DNA of 64,000 nucleotides from Candidatus Latescibacterota bacterium (GTDB lineage Bacteria; Latescibacterota; UBA2968; UBA8231): contig CBDETY010000003.1 in NCBI GenBank assembly GCA_965243025.1, positions 4,192,001 through 4,256,000 on the forward strand, written 5' to 3'. The position numbers and the translations under genes were made by a program. Position 1 is the stretch's first letter, and the number at the start of each line of letters is the position of its first letter. Positions 1 through 11,040 of this stretch are shown here, in pieces. Under the pieces are notes generated by a model. That model did not search any database. It saw only the letters and a program-made list of their open reading frames with translations, and was not told where the DNA came from.

Positions 1-35
1 GCCACTTTGCGGACGTCATCTTCCGTTACCGCCAT
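1..35 (-). CDS. gatC: Asp/Glu-tRNA amidotransferase subunit C, 5' end only (runs off window)
   Basis: Minus-strand ATG at 35 reads MAVTEDDVRKV(A), a typical GatC N-terminus. Only 11 full codons are visible. Confidence 0.6.
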   Translation of the reverse strand, partial: MAVTEDDVRKV

Positions 36-366
36 CTGCCGCTCGCTCCCGGTCTCCTCCTCGCTTTCGGGCCGGCCCAAACAGCCCGCTGGAATAGTTG
101 CTCTGCAGGCGAGGCCGAGCCATGGGGGTCGAAGACAAGGCGGGCTACCGAGCCGAATGGGGGGTTCGAGGAGGAAGCGCAACGCCGGATTCGGCCACCA
201 GGGCCGGCCGCAGCCCGGATGGACTCTAAACGGGCTGCTAATATGCCGCATCGACCATGCAGTGGCAAACCGGCTCAAGCGCCCCCGGCCCCGCTGGGAA
301 TTGCAACGGTCTCACCGCTTCGGTATACTCCCGCGCCCCCGAAACCCGAACCCGTACCGCCGTCCC

Positions 367-864
367 ATGGCAAAAAACCAGCCCGGTCGCAGGCCTTTTA
401 CCGTCGAGGAGGCAAATGCCTCGCTGCCGGTCCTCAACGCGGTTTTCGATCAGCTCGACGGAAAGAAGCGGGAGCTCTTCGACATCCGCCGGCAGATCCA
501 GATCCTCGAGGTGATGTGGGGGGAGCGGCTCGCCGCCGAAACCAACCCCGATCGCGCCGCCTACGAACGCTACACCGCCTCGGCCAAGACGCTGATACGC
601 GACCTGAACGAGGTCGTGTCGCGCGAGATCCTCGGGCGCGGCATGCGCTTTCCGCCGGGGGGGCTCGATCAGGGGCTCATCGATTTTCCGACGTTCTTCG
701 AAGGGCGCTGGGTCTTCATCTGCTGGCAGCGCGGAGAGCCGGAGGTCCGCTTCTGGCACGAGCTGGACGGCGGCTACGCCGGCAGGCGGGAGATCCAGGC
801 TGAACAGATCATCGGAATGGGACAGATGGACGACGACCACGGAGATCTGACGGACTCCGCCTAG
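367..864 (+). CDS. DUF2203 family protein
   Basis: FTVEEANASLP N-terminus and GLIDFPT...FICWQRGEPEVRFWHELDGGYAGRR C-terminus. Start moved to ATG 367. Confidence 0.8.
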   Translation: MAKNQPGRRPFTVEEANASLPVLNAVFDQLDGKKRELFDIRRQIQILEVMWGERLAAETNPDRAAYERYTASAKTLIRDLNEVVSREILGRGMRFPPGGLDQGLIDFPTFFEGRWVFICWQRGEPEVRFWHELDGGYAGRREIQAEQIIGMGQMDDDHGDLTDSA

Positions 865-912
865 TGCGGCCCGGTCCCCTCCCACCCCCTGGCTCCAGCC
901 CGGTCCGATGCC

Positions 913-941
913 TTGACCGGGACTTCAACATGTGGTATCAT
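913..941 (+). promoter_or_regulatory. sigma70-type promoter upstream of smc
   Basis: TTGACC (913-918), 17-bp spacer, TATCAT (936-941) with extended -10 TG. Confidence 0.55.
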
Positions 942-1147
942 TCTCCACAATCAGCACCAACTGTTGTGCAATTGCTCCGGTTTCGAGTGTCGTCGTTCCA
1001 TTCCCCGCTGTAAGCGCAATCTCCCCGAGGCGTCTTCCCGCATCGTTTCTCTCACTCATCAAGTCCGTCGAATTTCCCGGAAAAACCCTGCGGCGGCGGG
1101 GCTTTCCGCGTCGCGAATCCCGGGACGCGCGTAAAGGAGCTCGATAG

Positions 1148-4100
1148 GTGCGGCTTTCGAATGTCGAAATCTTCGGGTTCAAGTCGTTCCTGACCCGGGT
1201 CGAGATCCCCTTCGGCAGGGGAATCACCTCCATCGTCGGTCCCAACGGGTGCGGCAAGTCGAACATTGTCGAGGCGATCCGGTGGGTCCTCGGGGAACAG
1301 CGGGCCGGAGCGGTTCGCGGCCACCGCATGGAAGACGTGATTTTCAGCGGCACCCGCCAACGAAAACCCCTCGGGATGTCGGAAGTATCCCTGACCATTG
1401 ACAACTCCAGCCACATTCTGCCGATCGAATTCAGCGAGGTTACCGTAACGCGCCGGTTGTTCCGTTCCGGCGAAAGCGACTACCTCCTCAACAAGGTCCC
1501 CTGCCGGCTTCTCGACATCCAGAACCTGCTCATGGACACCGGCCTCGGTCCCGGCGCCTACTCGGTGATGGAACAGGGCATGGTGGACGAGATCATCAGC
1601 GAACGCACCGAAAACAGGAGGCGCATTCTCGAGGAGGCCGCCGGGATAACGAAATACAAGACCCGCAGGCGTTCGACCTGGAACAAGCTCGAATCGACCC
1701 AGGCGGACCTGACGCGGCTCGAGGATCTCATCGGGGAGGTCAAACGGCAGGTCGATTACCTGGGGCGCCAGGTCGGCCGCGCCAGAAGGTACAAGACCTT
1801 GCGCCAGGAATGGGAACAGCTCGAGCTGCTGTTCGGCCGCCACCGTTTCTTCGAGATCCAGGAACAGTTGAAGCCGTTGAGGCAGGAGTCCGACGAGTTG
1901 TCGAAGAGGTCGGTGTCCGGGCGTACCGAACTCACCACCCAGGAAACCGAGCTGGAGAAGCGCAGACTCGCGGTTACCACCCTGGAGAAAGACCTCCAGA
2001 CCGTGGGGGTGGAACTGACGCGATGCGTCGAGCAGCTGCACGAACGGGAGCGGGGCCTGGTCGCGGTGCGGGAGCGCCGGGGGGCGCGGCAGCAGTTCAT
2101 CCGGCGATCCACCGAAGAGCGCGACCGGCAGCAGCAGCAGCTGGCCGCCTCCCGTCAGCAGCGGGAGCAGACCCTCGGCGCCCTCGCGGATGCCGAAAGC
2201 AGACTGAGCTCGGATGGCGGCCGGCTGCAATCCCAGGAAGAGTCGATGGCCGAAGCGGAAGCTGCCTGGCAACGCGGACAGAGCGCCCTGGAAGCCGCCA
2301 ACGCGCGGCTGCGCGCCGCCCTGGGCGACAGGGAGGAGTGCGGCCGCACCGTCGAAAGGCTGCAGGCCGAAGCGGCGGGGTTGGAACGGACCGGTGAGCA
2401 GCTCGCTTCTGAACAGTCGGGACTGGGTAGCGCCCAGGATGGGCTCTCCCGGGACCGGGCCGCAGCGCAGCAGGAACTGGCCGGGCTGGAATCGCGGCTG
2501 ACCGCGGTCGAGGGGGATTTCGCCGCCGCCCGGGAGCGCCATAAGGAGGTGGAGGAACAGCTCCGGCGGGCTGTCGAGGAGCGAGGCGCCCTCCAGCGAT
2601 CGCTGGAGGCGAACGCCGCCCGCCTCCAGGTACTGGAAAAGGTCAGGTCCGGGTTTGAAGGGCACTCCCAGGGGGTGCGGAACCTCATGCTCGATCCGGA
2701 ACGGCGCGAGCTTTTCAGGGGCGTGCTGGCCGATCTCATCGAGGTGGAATCCGAGTACTACCTGGCGGTCGAGACCGCCCTCGGGGACGCCCTGCAGGCG
2801 CTGGTGGCCGACAGCGAGGATGCCGCCTTCGAAGCGGTCCGCAGCTTGAGGGACGCTGCCGGCCGAGCCTGGGTGTTTCCTCTCGACTGGAACTTCCCTC
2901 CACCTCCTGCGGCCGCGGTAGGGGATCTTCCGGGTGTTCTCGGCCCCCTGTCCGCACATGTGCGAACCGGGGACGAGATCCGGCCTCTGGTCGAGCGTCT
3001 GCTGCACAACACCTTCCTGGTCGACGGGATCGATTCCGCCGTTGCGGCGGCTGCGCGCGGGATTGCCCAGCCTGTCCGGCTGGTGACCGCCGCGGGCGAA
3101 GGGATCGATTTTTCCGGTTGCCTGAGGGGTGGCCGCACCTCCCGGGAAGAGGACCGAAGCATACTCGGCCGCGCCGCCGAGATCGACCGCCTGCGCCGGG
3201 AGATCGCCCGCGACAGGGCCAGGCTCGCCGGTTCCGAGCTTGCCTTCTCGGCCGCCGAATCGCGGCGGCGGGTCCTGAACCGCTACTCTGCGGATCTCGG
3301 GGCTCTGGCGGAGGAATCGAGGGAACGGGCGCGCAGCTGCGAACTTCGGCTCTTGGAGATCAGAACCGAGAGCGAGCGTATCGACTCGCGGAGCTCCGAG
3401 GTCGAAGAGAGCTCGGAATCGCTTGCAGGACAGTTTGCCAGCCTCGCTTCGGCGCTGGAATCCGAACGGGACCGCCTGGTTGAACTGCAGGGGGAGGTAT
3501 CCGGGGCGGAGGCAGCTATCGGGAAAGTGGAACAGAGGCTGCACACTGCAGAAGCAGACCGCCGCGGCGCTTCCGAGACCCTCGGAGCCCTGCGCGTCGA
3601 GCGCGCCCGCGCCGTCGAGCAGGTAGACAGCCTGCGCAGGGACGGGCTCAGGCTCGACCAGATAGGGCAGGGCCACAGCCGGGAGATCGACCGGCTGACC
3701 GCTGAGATCGAACAGGCCAGCTCGGACTGCGACCAACTGCTGTCAACCGAGAAGCAGTCAGAGGCGGAAGTCCGCCGACTGCACCAGCTGCGCGACCAGC
3801 TGGCGAACAACCGCGACGGGAACCAGCTGGCCTGGCAGGAGGCCCTGACCCGCTCCCGCGACCTCGAAGGGGAGATCGGCAAACTGCAAAAAACGCTCTC
3901 CTCCGAGCGCGAGCGGACTTACCAGCTTCAGTTGAAGATCACCGAACTGGAGAACGATGCGGAACGCATCCGCGAGCGCCTCCAGGATGAAGTGAATGTC
4001 GAAGTCGAGACGCAGGGACCGGTCGTCGAGGAGGAGTTCGATCCCCTGGGGACCGAGGAGCGGCTCGGACTGGTGAGGCGCTCCCTCGAGCGCCTCGGCA

Positions 4101-4714
4101 CGGTGCATGTCGGGGTCATCGAGGAGTACGACCAGCAGCGGGAGCGCTACGATTTCCTGGTGCAACAGCGGGACGACCTGCTCGCCGCCGCGGAGGACCT
4201 CCGCAGGACACTGCAGCTGATCGACCGCACCGCGCGCCGCATGTTCCGCGAGACCTTCGTGGAAATCCGCGAAAAGTTCAGGGAGACCTTCCGCCGCTTT
4301 TTCCCCGGAGGTGAAGCGGATCTCGTGCTCGAGCCTGACGTCGACGCACTCGAAGCTGCGATCGAGATCAGCGCCCGCCCGCGAGGAAAGAGGCTGCAGA
4401 GCATCGCCCTGCTGTCGGGCGGCGAGCGCGCTCTGACCGCCATCGCCCTGCTGTTCGCCATTTACCAGGTGAAACCGAGTCCCTGGTGTATTCTCGACGA
4501 GGTCGACGCCCCCCTCGACGACGTCAACATCGGCCGCTTCATCCGCGTGGTCAGCGAATTCGCCGAGTCGACGCAGTTCATCCTGGTGACCCACAACAAG
4601 CTCAGCATGTCCGCGGCGGACACCCTTCACGGCGTCACCATGCCGGAGGAGGGTGTGTCGCAGATGGTGTCGGTGCAGGTGGAGCCGGAAGCCTTCGGAG
4701 AGGCGGCGGGCTGA
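1148..4714 (+). CDS. smc: Chromosome segregation protein SMC
   Basis: GFKSF, Walker A GPNGCGKSN, coiled coils with central hinge, LSGGE signature, Walker B LDEVDAPLD; 1188 aa. Confidence 0.97.
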   Translation: MRLSNVEIFGFKSFLTRVEIPFGRGITSIVGPNGCGKSNIVEAIRWVLGEQRAGAVRGHRMEDVIFSGTRQRKPLGMSEVSLTIDNSSHILPIEFSEVTVTRRLFRSGESDYLLNKVPCRLLDIQNLLMDTGLGPGAYSVMEQGMVDEIISERTENRRRILEEAAGITKYKTRRRSTWNKLESTQADLTRLEDLIGEVKRQVDYLGRQVGRARRYKTLRQEWEQLELLFGRHRFFEIQEQLKPLRQESDELSKRSVSGRTELTTQETELEKRRLAVTTLEKDLQTVGVELTRCVEQLHERERGLVAVRERRGARQQFIRRSTEERDRQQQQLAASRQQREQTLGALADAESRLSSDGGRLQSQEESMAEAEAAWQRGQSALEAANARLRAALGDREECGRTVERLQAEAAGLERTGEQLASEQSGLGSAQDGLSRDRAAAQQELAGLESRLTAVEGDFAAARERHKEVEEQLRRAVEERGALQRSLEANAARLQVLEKVRSGFEGHSQGVRNLMLDPERRELFRGVLADLIEVESEYYLAVETALGDALQALVADSEDAAFEAVRSLRDAAGRAWVFPLDWNFPPPPAAAVGDLPGVLGPLSAHVRTGDEIRPLVERLLHNTFLVDGIDSAVAAAARGIAQPVRLVTAAGEGIDFSGCLRGGRTSREEDRSILGRAAEIDRLRREIARDRARLAGSELAFSAAESRRRVLNRYSADLGALAEESRERARSCELRLLEIRTESERIDSRSSEVEESSESLAGQFASLASALESERDRLVELQGEVSGAEAAIGKVEQRLHTAEADRRGASETLGALRVERARAVEQVDSLRRDGLRLDQIGQGHSREIDRLTAEIEQASSDCDQLLSTEKQSEAEVRRLHQLRDQLANNRDGNQLAWQEALTRSRDLEGEIGKLQKTLSSERERTYQLQLKITELENDAERIRERLQDEVNVEVETQGPVVEEEFDPLGTEERLGLVRRSLERLGTVHVGVIEEYDQQRERYDFLVQQRDDLLAAAEDLRRTLQLIDRTARRMFRETFVEIREKFRETFRRFFPGGEADLVLEPDVDALEAAIEISARPRGKRLQSIALLSGGERALTAIALLFAIYQVKPSPWCILDEVDAPLDDVNIGRFIRVVSEFAESTQFILVTHNKLSMSAADTLHGVTMPEEGVSQMVSVQVEPEAFGEAAG

Positions 4715-4733
4715 GGGGCGGCGGCCTCGTCCC

Positions 4734-5612
4734 TCAGCCGGGGTGAAGCCCGTAGAGGTCGCCCTCCGCCAGCAGGCGGGCGCGTTCCGCGGTGCGCGGG
4801 TCGTCGCTCTCCAGTGCCGCTTCCAGAAACCGGGGATGGTTCTCGAGGAAGCGGCGCATCGACCCGTGCGGATCGCGGCGGTAGGCCTCCAGAACCGCCT
4901 TCTGATCGGCATCGATCAGGTTGCGCCGCAGCATCTCGGCGAAAAGCTCTTCATCAACCCGCAGCAGACTCCAGGACTCCACCCCGAGTGATCTCAGCAC
5001 CTCGTCGCCTCCCTGGGCGCGGTCGATGACGTTGGCGGCCCAGGCGAGACGCCCCCCGCGGCTGCGCAGGGCGGGAACCCAGGCATTGCGATAGCTCGAC
5101 GCCTCGGTGACCAGGTCTGCAACATGGGCGGAACACCTGCCGGTCAGGTCGCCCGCCTCGACCGCGTCGCGGTCCCGGCCAAGAAACCCCCGCCTGTCCT
5201 TGTACAGGAAGAGATGGGGCAGGTCGAGCTTGTGCGCGACCGCCACCGAGAAGAACCAGTCGCGGCGCTCCCCGCCGGAGATCATCTCCAGGGAAGCCCT
5301 TTTCGGCCTCAGGGTCGCCGCGAGCGAATCGACCACCTCTGCGTAGACCGGGTCGCTGCCGTACATGTCGCGGCAACGGGCGGAAATCTCCGGGACGAAG
5401 CGGCCGACGTTCTCCTTTTCGGCGTCGATGAAAGCCAGCAGCTCACCGGCTTTTTCAGGTCCGCCGAACAGGAAATGGGTGTTTATGTAGTAGGGTCCCA
5501 CGGTTCCAGAGGTGTACCAGAACACCTCTCCCGCTGGAGCTATGCGCAAGGCCTGGCGAGCGATCAGCTGCTCGATCAGGCGGGCCCGGCCGCCTCCACC
5601 GCAGTCCCCCAT
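4734..5612 (-). CDS. Type I phosphoribosyltransferase-like protein (divergent orotate PRTase-like)
   Basis: YTSGTVGPYYIN (compare SG...PYY of PyrE), PRPP-loop-like HVADLVTEASS, VIDR motif. Start at ATG 5612. Confidence 0.6.
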   Translation of the reverse strand: MGDCGGGGRARLIEQLIARQALRIAPAGEVFWYTSGTVGPYYINTHFLFGGPEKAGELLAFIDAEKENVGRFVPEISARCRDMYGSDPVYAEVVDSLAATLRPKRASLEMISGGERRDWFFSVAVAHKLDLPHLFLYKDRRGFLGRDRDAVEAGDLTGRCSAHVADLVTEASSYRNAWVPALRSRGGRLAWAANVIDRAQGGDEVLRSLGVESWSLLRVDEELFAEMLRRNLIDADQKAVLEAYRRDPHGSMRRFLENHPRFLEAALESDDPRTAERARLLAEGDLYGLHPG

Positions 5613-5623
5613 GGCAAATCCCC

Positions 5624-6169
5624 CTATTCGGGAAGGTCGGCTTCGTTCAGCTGACCGAGCCGGGGGCTGGCCTTGTCCCGGGATGAAACGAGGACTTCCC
5701 CTGCCCCCACCTCCCAGTCGAGCCCGAGCTGCGGATCGTCCCAGGCGAGGGAGTACTCGTCGGCGCCGCCGGCGTAGTAGCGGTTTACCACGTAGGTCAG
5801 GGTGACGTCGGTCAGCGCCAGGAAACCGTGCGCTACTCCGCAGGGTATGAACAGCCCCTGGGGGTGCCGTTGATCGAGCTGCAGGATTTCGCCCTGTCCG
5901 CGGGTGGGGGAGGAGCGCCGCAGGTCGTAGAGGCCGACGCGCAGGGTTCCGGCGAGGCACTGCCAGTAGTCGACCTGCTGATGATGGTAATGCAGTCCCC
6001 GCACCGTTCCCGCCCTCGATTCGGAGCGGTTGCACTGGAGCTCAATCCAGGAGATGTGGGGGAACCACTCGCTGCGAAAGGACTCGGCGAACCAGCCGCG
6101 CTCATCCCCGAATGCCTCCAGTTCGGCGATGGCAACCCCCTCTATTCGCTCCGAGGGCCGCAGTTCCAT
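5624..6169 (-). CDS. rfbC: dTDP-4-dehydrorhamnose 3,5-epimerase family
   Basis: FGDERGWFAESF, GTVRGLHYH, DLRRSSPT, FIPCGVAHGF, WDDP motifs. Start ATG 6169. Confidence 0.9.
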   Translation of the reverse strand: MELRPSERIEGVAIAELEAFGDERGWFAESFRSEWFPHISWIELQCNRSESRAGTVRGLHYHHQQVDYWQCLAGTLRVGLYDLRRSSPTRGQGEILQLDQRHPQGLFIPCGVAHGFLALTDVTLTYVVNRYYAGGADEYSLAWDDPQLGLDWEVGAGEVLVSSRDKASPRLGQLNEADLPE

Positions 6170-6173
6170 CCCG

Positions 6174-6926
6174 CTATCCTCCCCTGCCGCAGCATCTTTT
6201 GTATTTCTTCCCGCTGCCGCACGGGCACGGGTCGTTGCGGCCGATTTTCGGAACCTCGCGCCGGTAGGTCTCGACCTTGTCGAACATCCCGCCTTCCTGG
6301 AGCAGATCGGAAGGCATGCGCCCGCCAAGGGATGGGCGCGGGGTGGAGAGCCACTCCTCGCGCAATTCCGCGATGGGGCCTTCCGCATCCCTGCCCATCG
6401 CCGCGGCCTCATCCGGTGACACCCCCTTCTCCTGACAGAAAAGACCGAAATCCGCCAGCAGCGCCCCCTGCGGGGAGGAGAGCAACTGCTCGACCTGCCC
6501 GCGGTCGATGCCTTCAGGGAGTTCGATATCCCTCAGAGCATCGAGATCGGGAAGACTTCCGGTTTGAAGATCACCGGCGGTTGCAGCCGCCATCGCCGGG
6601 GCCCCCTGCTCCTCCACCACCCCGGCTTCACCCCCGGCCCCGGCCGCCGGGGCAATTTCGCCGTCCGCCAAGCCCGCCTCTTCCAGAACAGGGGACTCCC
6701 CTTCTGAACTGGAAGCGATCGTTTCCGAAAGGGGGGAAGCCTCCGCGGCGATTTCCGTCAGCAACCGCCTCAGCTTTCCGGAAGCGTCCGAACCGGGAGA
6801 AACCTGCTCGACTATCCAGCCGACCTCCTCGCCGTCCTCCAGGAGCTCGATGATCTCCTCCGGCGAGAAACGCTCGATTCCCCGGGCAGCGCAAAGCTCC
6901 GCCAGTCTTTCCCGCAATTCCTTCAC
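6174..6926 (-). CDS. SEC-C metal-binding motif protein
   Basis: C-terminal [21 protein letters not shown]. Confidence 0.85.
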   Translation of the reverse strand: MKELRERLAELCAARGIERFSPEEIIELLEDGEEVGWIVEQVSPGSDASGKLRRLLTEIAAEASPLSETIASSSEGESPVLEEAGLADGEIAPAAGAGGEAGVVEEQGAPAMAAATAGDLQTGSLPDLDALRDIELPEGIDRGQVEQLLSSPQGALLADFGLFCQEKGVSPDEAAAMGRDAEGPIAELREEWLSTPRPSLGGRMPSDLLQEGGMFDKVETYRREVPKIGRNDPCPCGSGKKYKRCCGRGG

Positions 6927-7457
6927 TCGCGCACCCCCCTGCAGTCAGCGATGCGGGAAGGATAGGCGCAGACCGGAGCAGCCGTCAAAACGGAGCGGTC
7001 GGAGTCGGACCGCAATGTGCCTGGAGGCATCAGATTGTTGAGGAGTCTCAGAATACTGAGTGGACCGGCCGCAAAATAACGGGTCGCCCAGGGACCGTTT
7101 TCTCCTCGTTTCCGAGAGTTTCCTGGCGATTCCCCGGCGCAGTCCTGAGGGCTCATCTGCAGTAATGACGGCAGCGAACGGCCCCTCCAGGATCGGTTCG
7201 CGGGGTTTTCTGAAATCGGGCGCTTCACGAGGGGAGCAGAGGGAGATTCCGACCGTGTGCAGGCCGCCCCGAACCCGCCGCCAGCCTGCTGGAAAAGACC
7301 CCGGATCGCCGCCAAAGCCGGTCGCATGGCCGGAGTTCGCGGTGCCGGGGACTCGCCGGGCGGGCTGTCGCCATTCCCTGGTGGTACGGTGATTGCTTCC
7401 TGCCCATTGAGCCGTCCCGAAACCGGATTCGAGGCGGGAGAGAATGGGGAGAAAGCG

Positions 7458-8201
7458 ATGAAAGCAACCACCATGGACCAGGAACGGACCGAAAAACTCT
7501 CGGACAAGGCGGTGCTGATGGTCGCCGCGAAAGACTCGAGCGCCCTGGCGATTCTGGTGCGCCGCTACCGCGTCCCCCTGCAGAACTTCGTCTATCGCTT
7601 CGTCGGCGACCGCGAAACCTCGGAGGACATCGTTCAGGAGACCTTTCTAAGATGCCTCCGACACCGTTCACAGTTTCCCGCCATCGAACAGGTTTCGACC
7701 TGGCTCTACACCATCGCCGGCAACCTGGCCAAGACCGAGCTCAGACGCCGCAAGCGCTGGCACTGGGTTCCCACGGGTCCTGCCGATGACGAAGAGCGCA
7801 CCCCGTTCTACGAGCCGGTGGATGGCGAGGCCCTGCCCGGGGAAGTGACCGACACCAAGACCGTCCACCAGTCCGTGAAGACGGCGATTCAGACATTGCC
7901 CGACGAGTTTCGCGACGCCGTCGTGCTCAGGGACCTCAACGGCCTCTCGTACGAAGAGATCGCCAAGATCATCGAGTGTCCCGTCGGCACGGTGAAGTCG
8001 CGGGTGAACCGGGGGCGGAGCCGGCTGCAGCGCAACCTTCGCCCCCTTGCGGAGGAAGTGATCGGCCAGCTGGGGCCGGCACGGCACGCAGCTAGAAAGC
8101 GCGCTGGACGAAAAACTCCAGCATCTCCTCCAGGAGATCCCGGGATGCGCTTGGCGGCGTCCGTTGCAGCAGCGCAAGCGCCTCGTCCGCTTTTCGAGTA
8201 G
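7458..8201 (+). CDS. ECF-type RNA polymerase sigma-70 factor
   Basis: Region 2 EDIVQETFLR...WLYTIAGN and region 4 LSYEEIAKIIECPVGTVKSRVNRGR. Start probably ATG 7458 or 7473. Confidence 0.9.
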   Translation: MKATTMDQERTEKLSDKAVLMVAAKDSSALAILVRRYRVPLQNFVYRFVGDRETSEDIVQETFLRCLRHRSQFPAIEQVSTWLYTIAGNLAKTELRRRKRWHWVPTGPADDEERTPFYEPVDGEALPGEVTDTKTVHQSVKTAIQTLPDEFRDAVVLRDLNGLSYEEIAKIIECPVGTVKSRVNRGRSRLQRNLRPLAEEVIGQLGPARHAARKRAGRKTPASPPGDPGMRLAASVAAAQAPRPLFE

Positions 8202-9150
8202 CGACCCCGTCGGCGTACTGCAGCGAACCGTACGACTCGATCAGCCCGATGACCCGCTCGATCTGGTCCCGCGTCGTCAGGTCGCGCTGCAGGCCGAGGA
8301 TCTCGAGGACGTCGGCGCGCTCTTCCGCGGTGCACTTGCGCAGCAGGTCGATCACCAGCAGGGTCCGTTTGCCTTCGGCGATGTCGCCTCCGCGCTCCTT
8401 GCCATAACCCCCCGAAGTCAAACCGGGCGCTTCCTCTTCATCCTGCGCCGGACTCAGCAGGTTGAGGACGTCGTCCCTGATCTGGAAGGCGACAGCCATC
8501 GCCTCGCCGAAATCACCGATCTGACGGCGCTCGCGCTCCCCGGCCCCGGCCACGATCGCCCCCGCGGTGCAGGGCCCCCGGCCGGTGTACCACCCCGTCT
8601 TCTTCGTCACCATGACCATGAACTCTTCTTCCGTGGGGATATGCTGCCGGCGGATCCAGCCGATGTCGTAGGCCTGACCCTCCAGGGTCTGCATTGATCC
8701 GCGGATCATTTCGTCGATCAGGTCCAGGCTTATCTCGGAACCCAGGAGGCCGCGGTTCGCGCACAGGATCTCGAACACCTTCGCGTAGAGGGCATCGCCG
8801 ACGTTGATGCTCAGGGGAATGCCGTAAAGTTTGTGGATGCACGGCTTTCCCCGGCGGAACTCCGAGTCGTCCTCGATGTCGTCGTGGATGACGGCGAACG
8901 ACTGGAACATCTCGAACGCCGAGGCTGTGCGCACCGCTTTTCGCAGGTCGCCGCCCAGGGCGTCGCAGGCCATCAGGACCAGCGTCGGGCGCAGGCGCTT
9001 TCCCCCGCGTTCGGGATAATCGCGCATCGGTCGGTACATGAACTCCTCCGGCTCCTGGACGGGCAGGAAGGAGAACATCTCCTCTTCGATCAGAGGTACG
9101 TAGCGCCGTAGAAAATCCCGCAGTTCCGGGGACAGCTCCGAGCCGGGCAT
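8092..9150 (-). CDS. Polyprenyl diphosphate synthase (short-chain, FPP/GGPP type)
   Basis: GGKRLRP, FARM HDDIED..RRG, GQAYD, KT, SARM FQIRDDVLN, DIAEGKRT. Start ATG 9150. Confidence 0.92.
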   Translation of the reverse strand: MPGSELSPELRDFLRRYVPLIEEEMFSFLPVQEPEEFMYRPMRDYPERGGKRLRPTLVLMACDALGGDLRKAVRTASAFEMFQSFAVIHDDIEDDSEFRRGKPCIHKLYGIPLSINVGDALYAKVFEILCANRGLLGSEISLDLIDEMIRGSMQTLEGQAYDIGWIRRQHIPTEEEFMVMVTKKTGWYTGRGPCTAGAIVAGAGERERRQIGDFGEAMAVAFQIRDDVLNLLSPAQDEEEAPGLTSGGYGKERGGDIAEGKRTLLVIDLLRKCTAEERADVLEILGLQRDLTTRDQIERVIGLIESYGSLQYADGVATRKADEALALLQRTPPSASRDLLEEMLEFFVQRAF

Positions 9151-9151
9151 G

Positions 9152-9556
9152 TCAGGCCTCGCCGGCGAGCCGGATTCGGGTAAGGGCCCGCACCAGGGCT
9201 GCCTCCGCCCTGACCCGATCCACATCCGCCTCCCGGGCGAGCCTCCGGCGCGCGCGTTCGCGGGCGGCCTCGGCACGGGCGACATCGATCCCGTCACCGA
9301 ACTCGGCGGCCTCGGCAAGCACCGTGACCCGGTCCCCGAGAACCTCGACGAAGCCGCCGCTGCAGGCCATGGCGAGGGCTTCGCCGGCCCCTTCTTCGGT
9401 GAAGGCGAGACGGCCTGTCTTCATCCCGGCGATCATCGGGGCATGCCTGGAGAGCACCCCGAACGAGCCCAGGCTTCCGGGAGCCTGCAAGCTCTCCACG
9501 GAACCGGAGTAGACGGTCCCGGACGGAGTGACGATTTCCAACTGGTAGGCAGCCAT
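9152..9556 (-). CDS. atpC: ATP synthase F1 epsilon
   Basis: LEIVTP, GVLSRHAP, GGFVEV, C-terminal helices; operon position. Confidence 0.95.
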   Translation of the reverse strand: MAAYQLEIVTPSGTVYSGSVESLQAPGSLGSFGVLSRHAPMIAGMKTGRLAFTEEGAGEALAMACSGGFVEVLGDRVTVLAEAAEFGDGIDVARAEAARERARRRLAREADVDRVRAEAALVRALTRIRLAGEA

Positions 9557-9576
9557 GCGGGAACTCGCCTCGTTCC

Positions 9577-11040
<1,464 letters not shown>

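Noticed and set aside
1052-3736. Long antisense and alternative-frame ORFs (e.g. 894 aa here, 947 aa at 33949-36792, 819 aa at 49483-51942, 633 aa at 61224-63125)
   Set aside because: Shadow ORFs of real genes in high-GC DNA; no recognisable motifs.
6927-7457. Possible ncRNA in the long divergent intergenic region (small hairpins CTCAG-AATA-CTGAG, GCGGTC...GACCGC)
   Set aside because: No recognisable tRNA, 6S or riboswitch consensus, and the stems are short enough to be chance.
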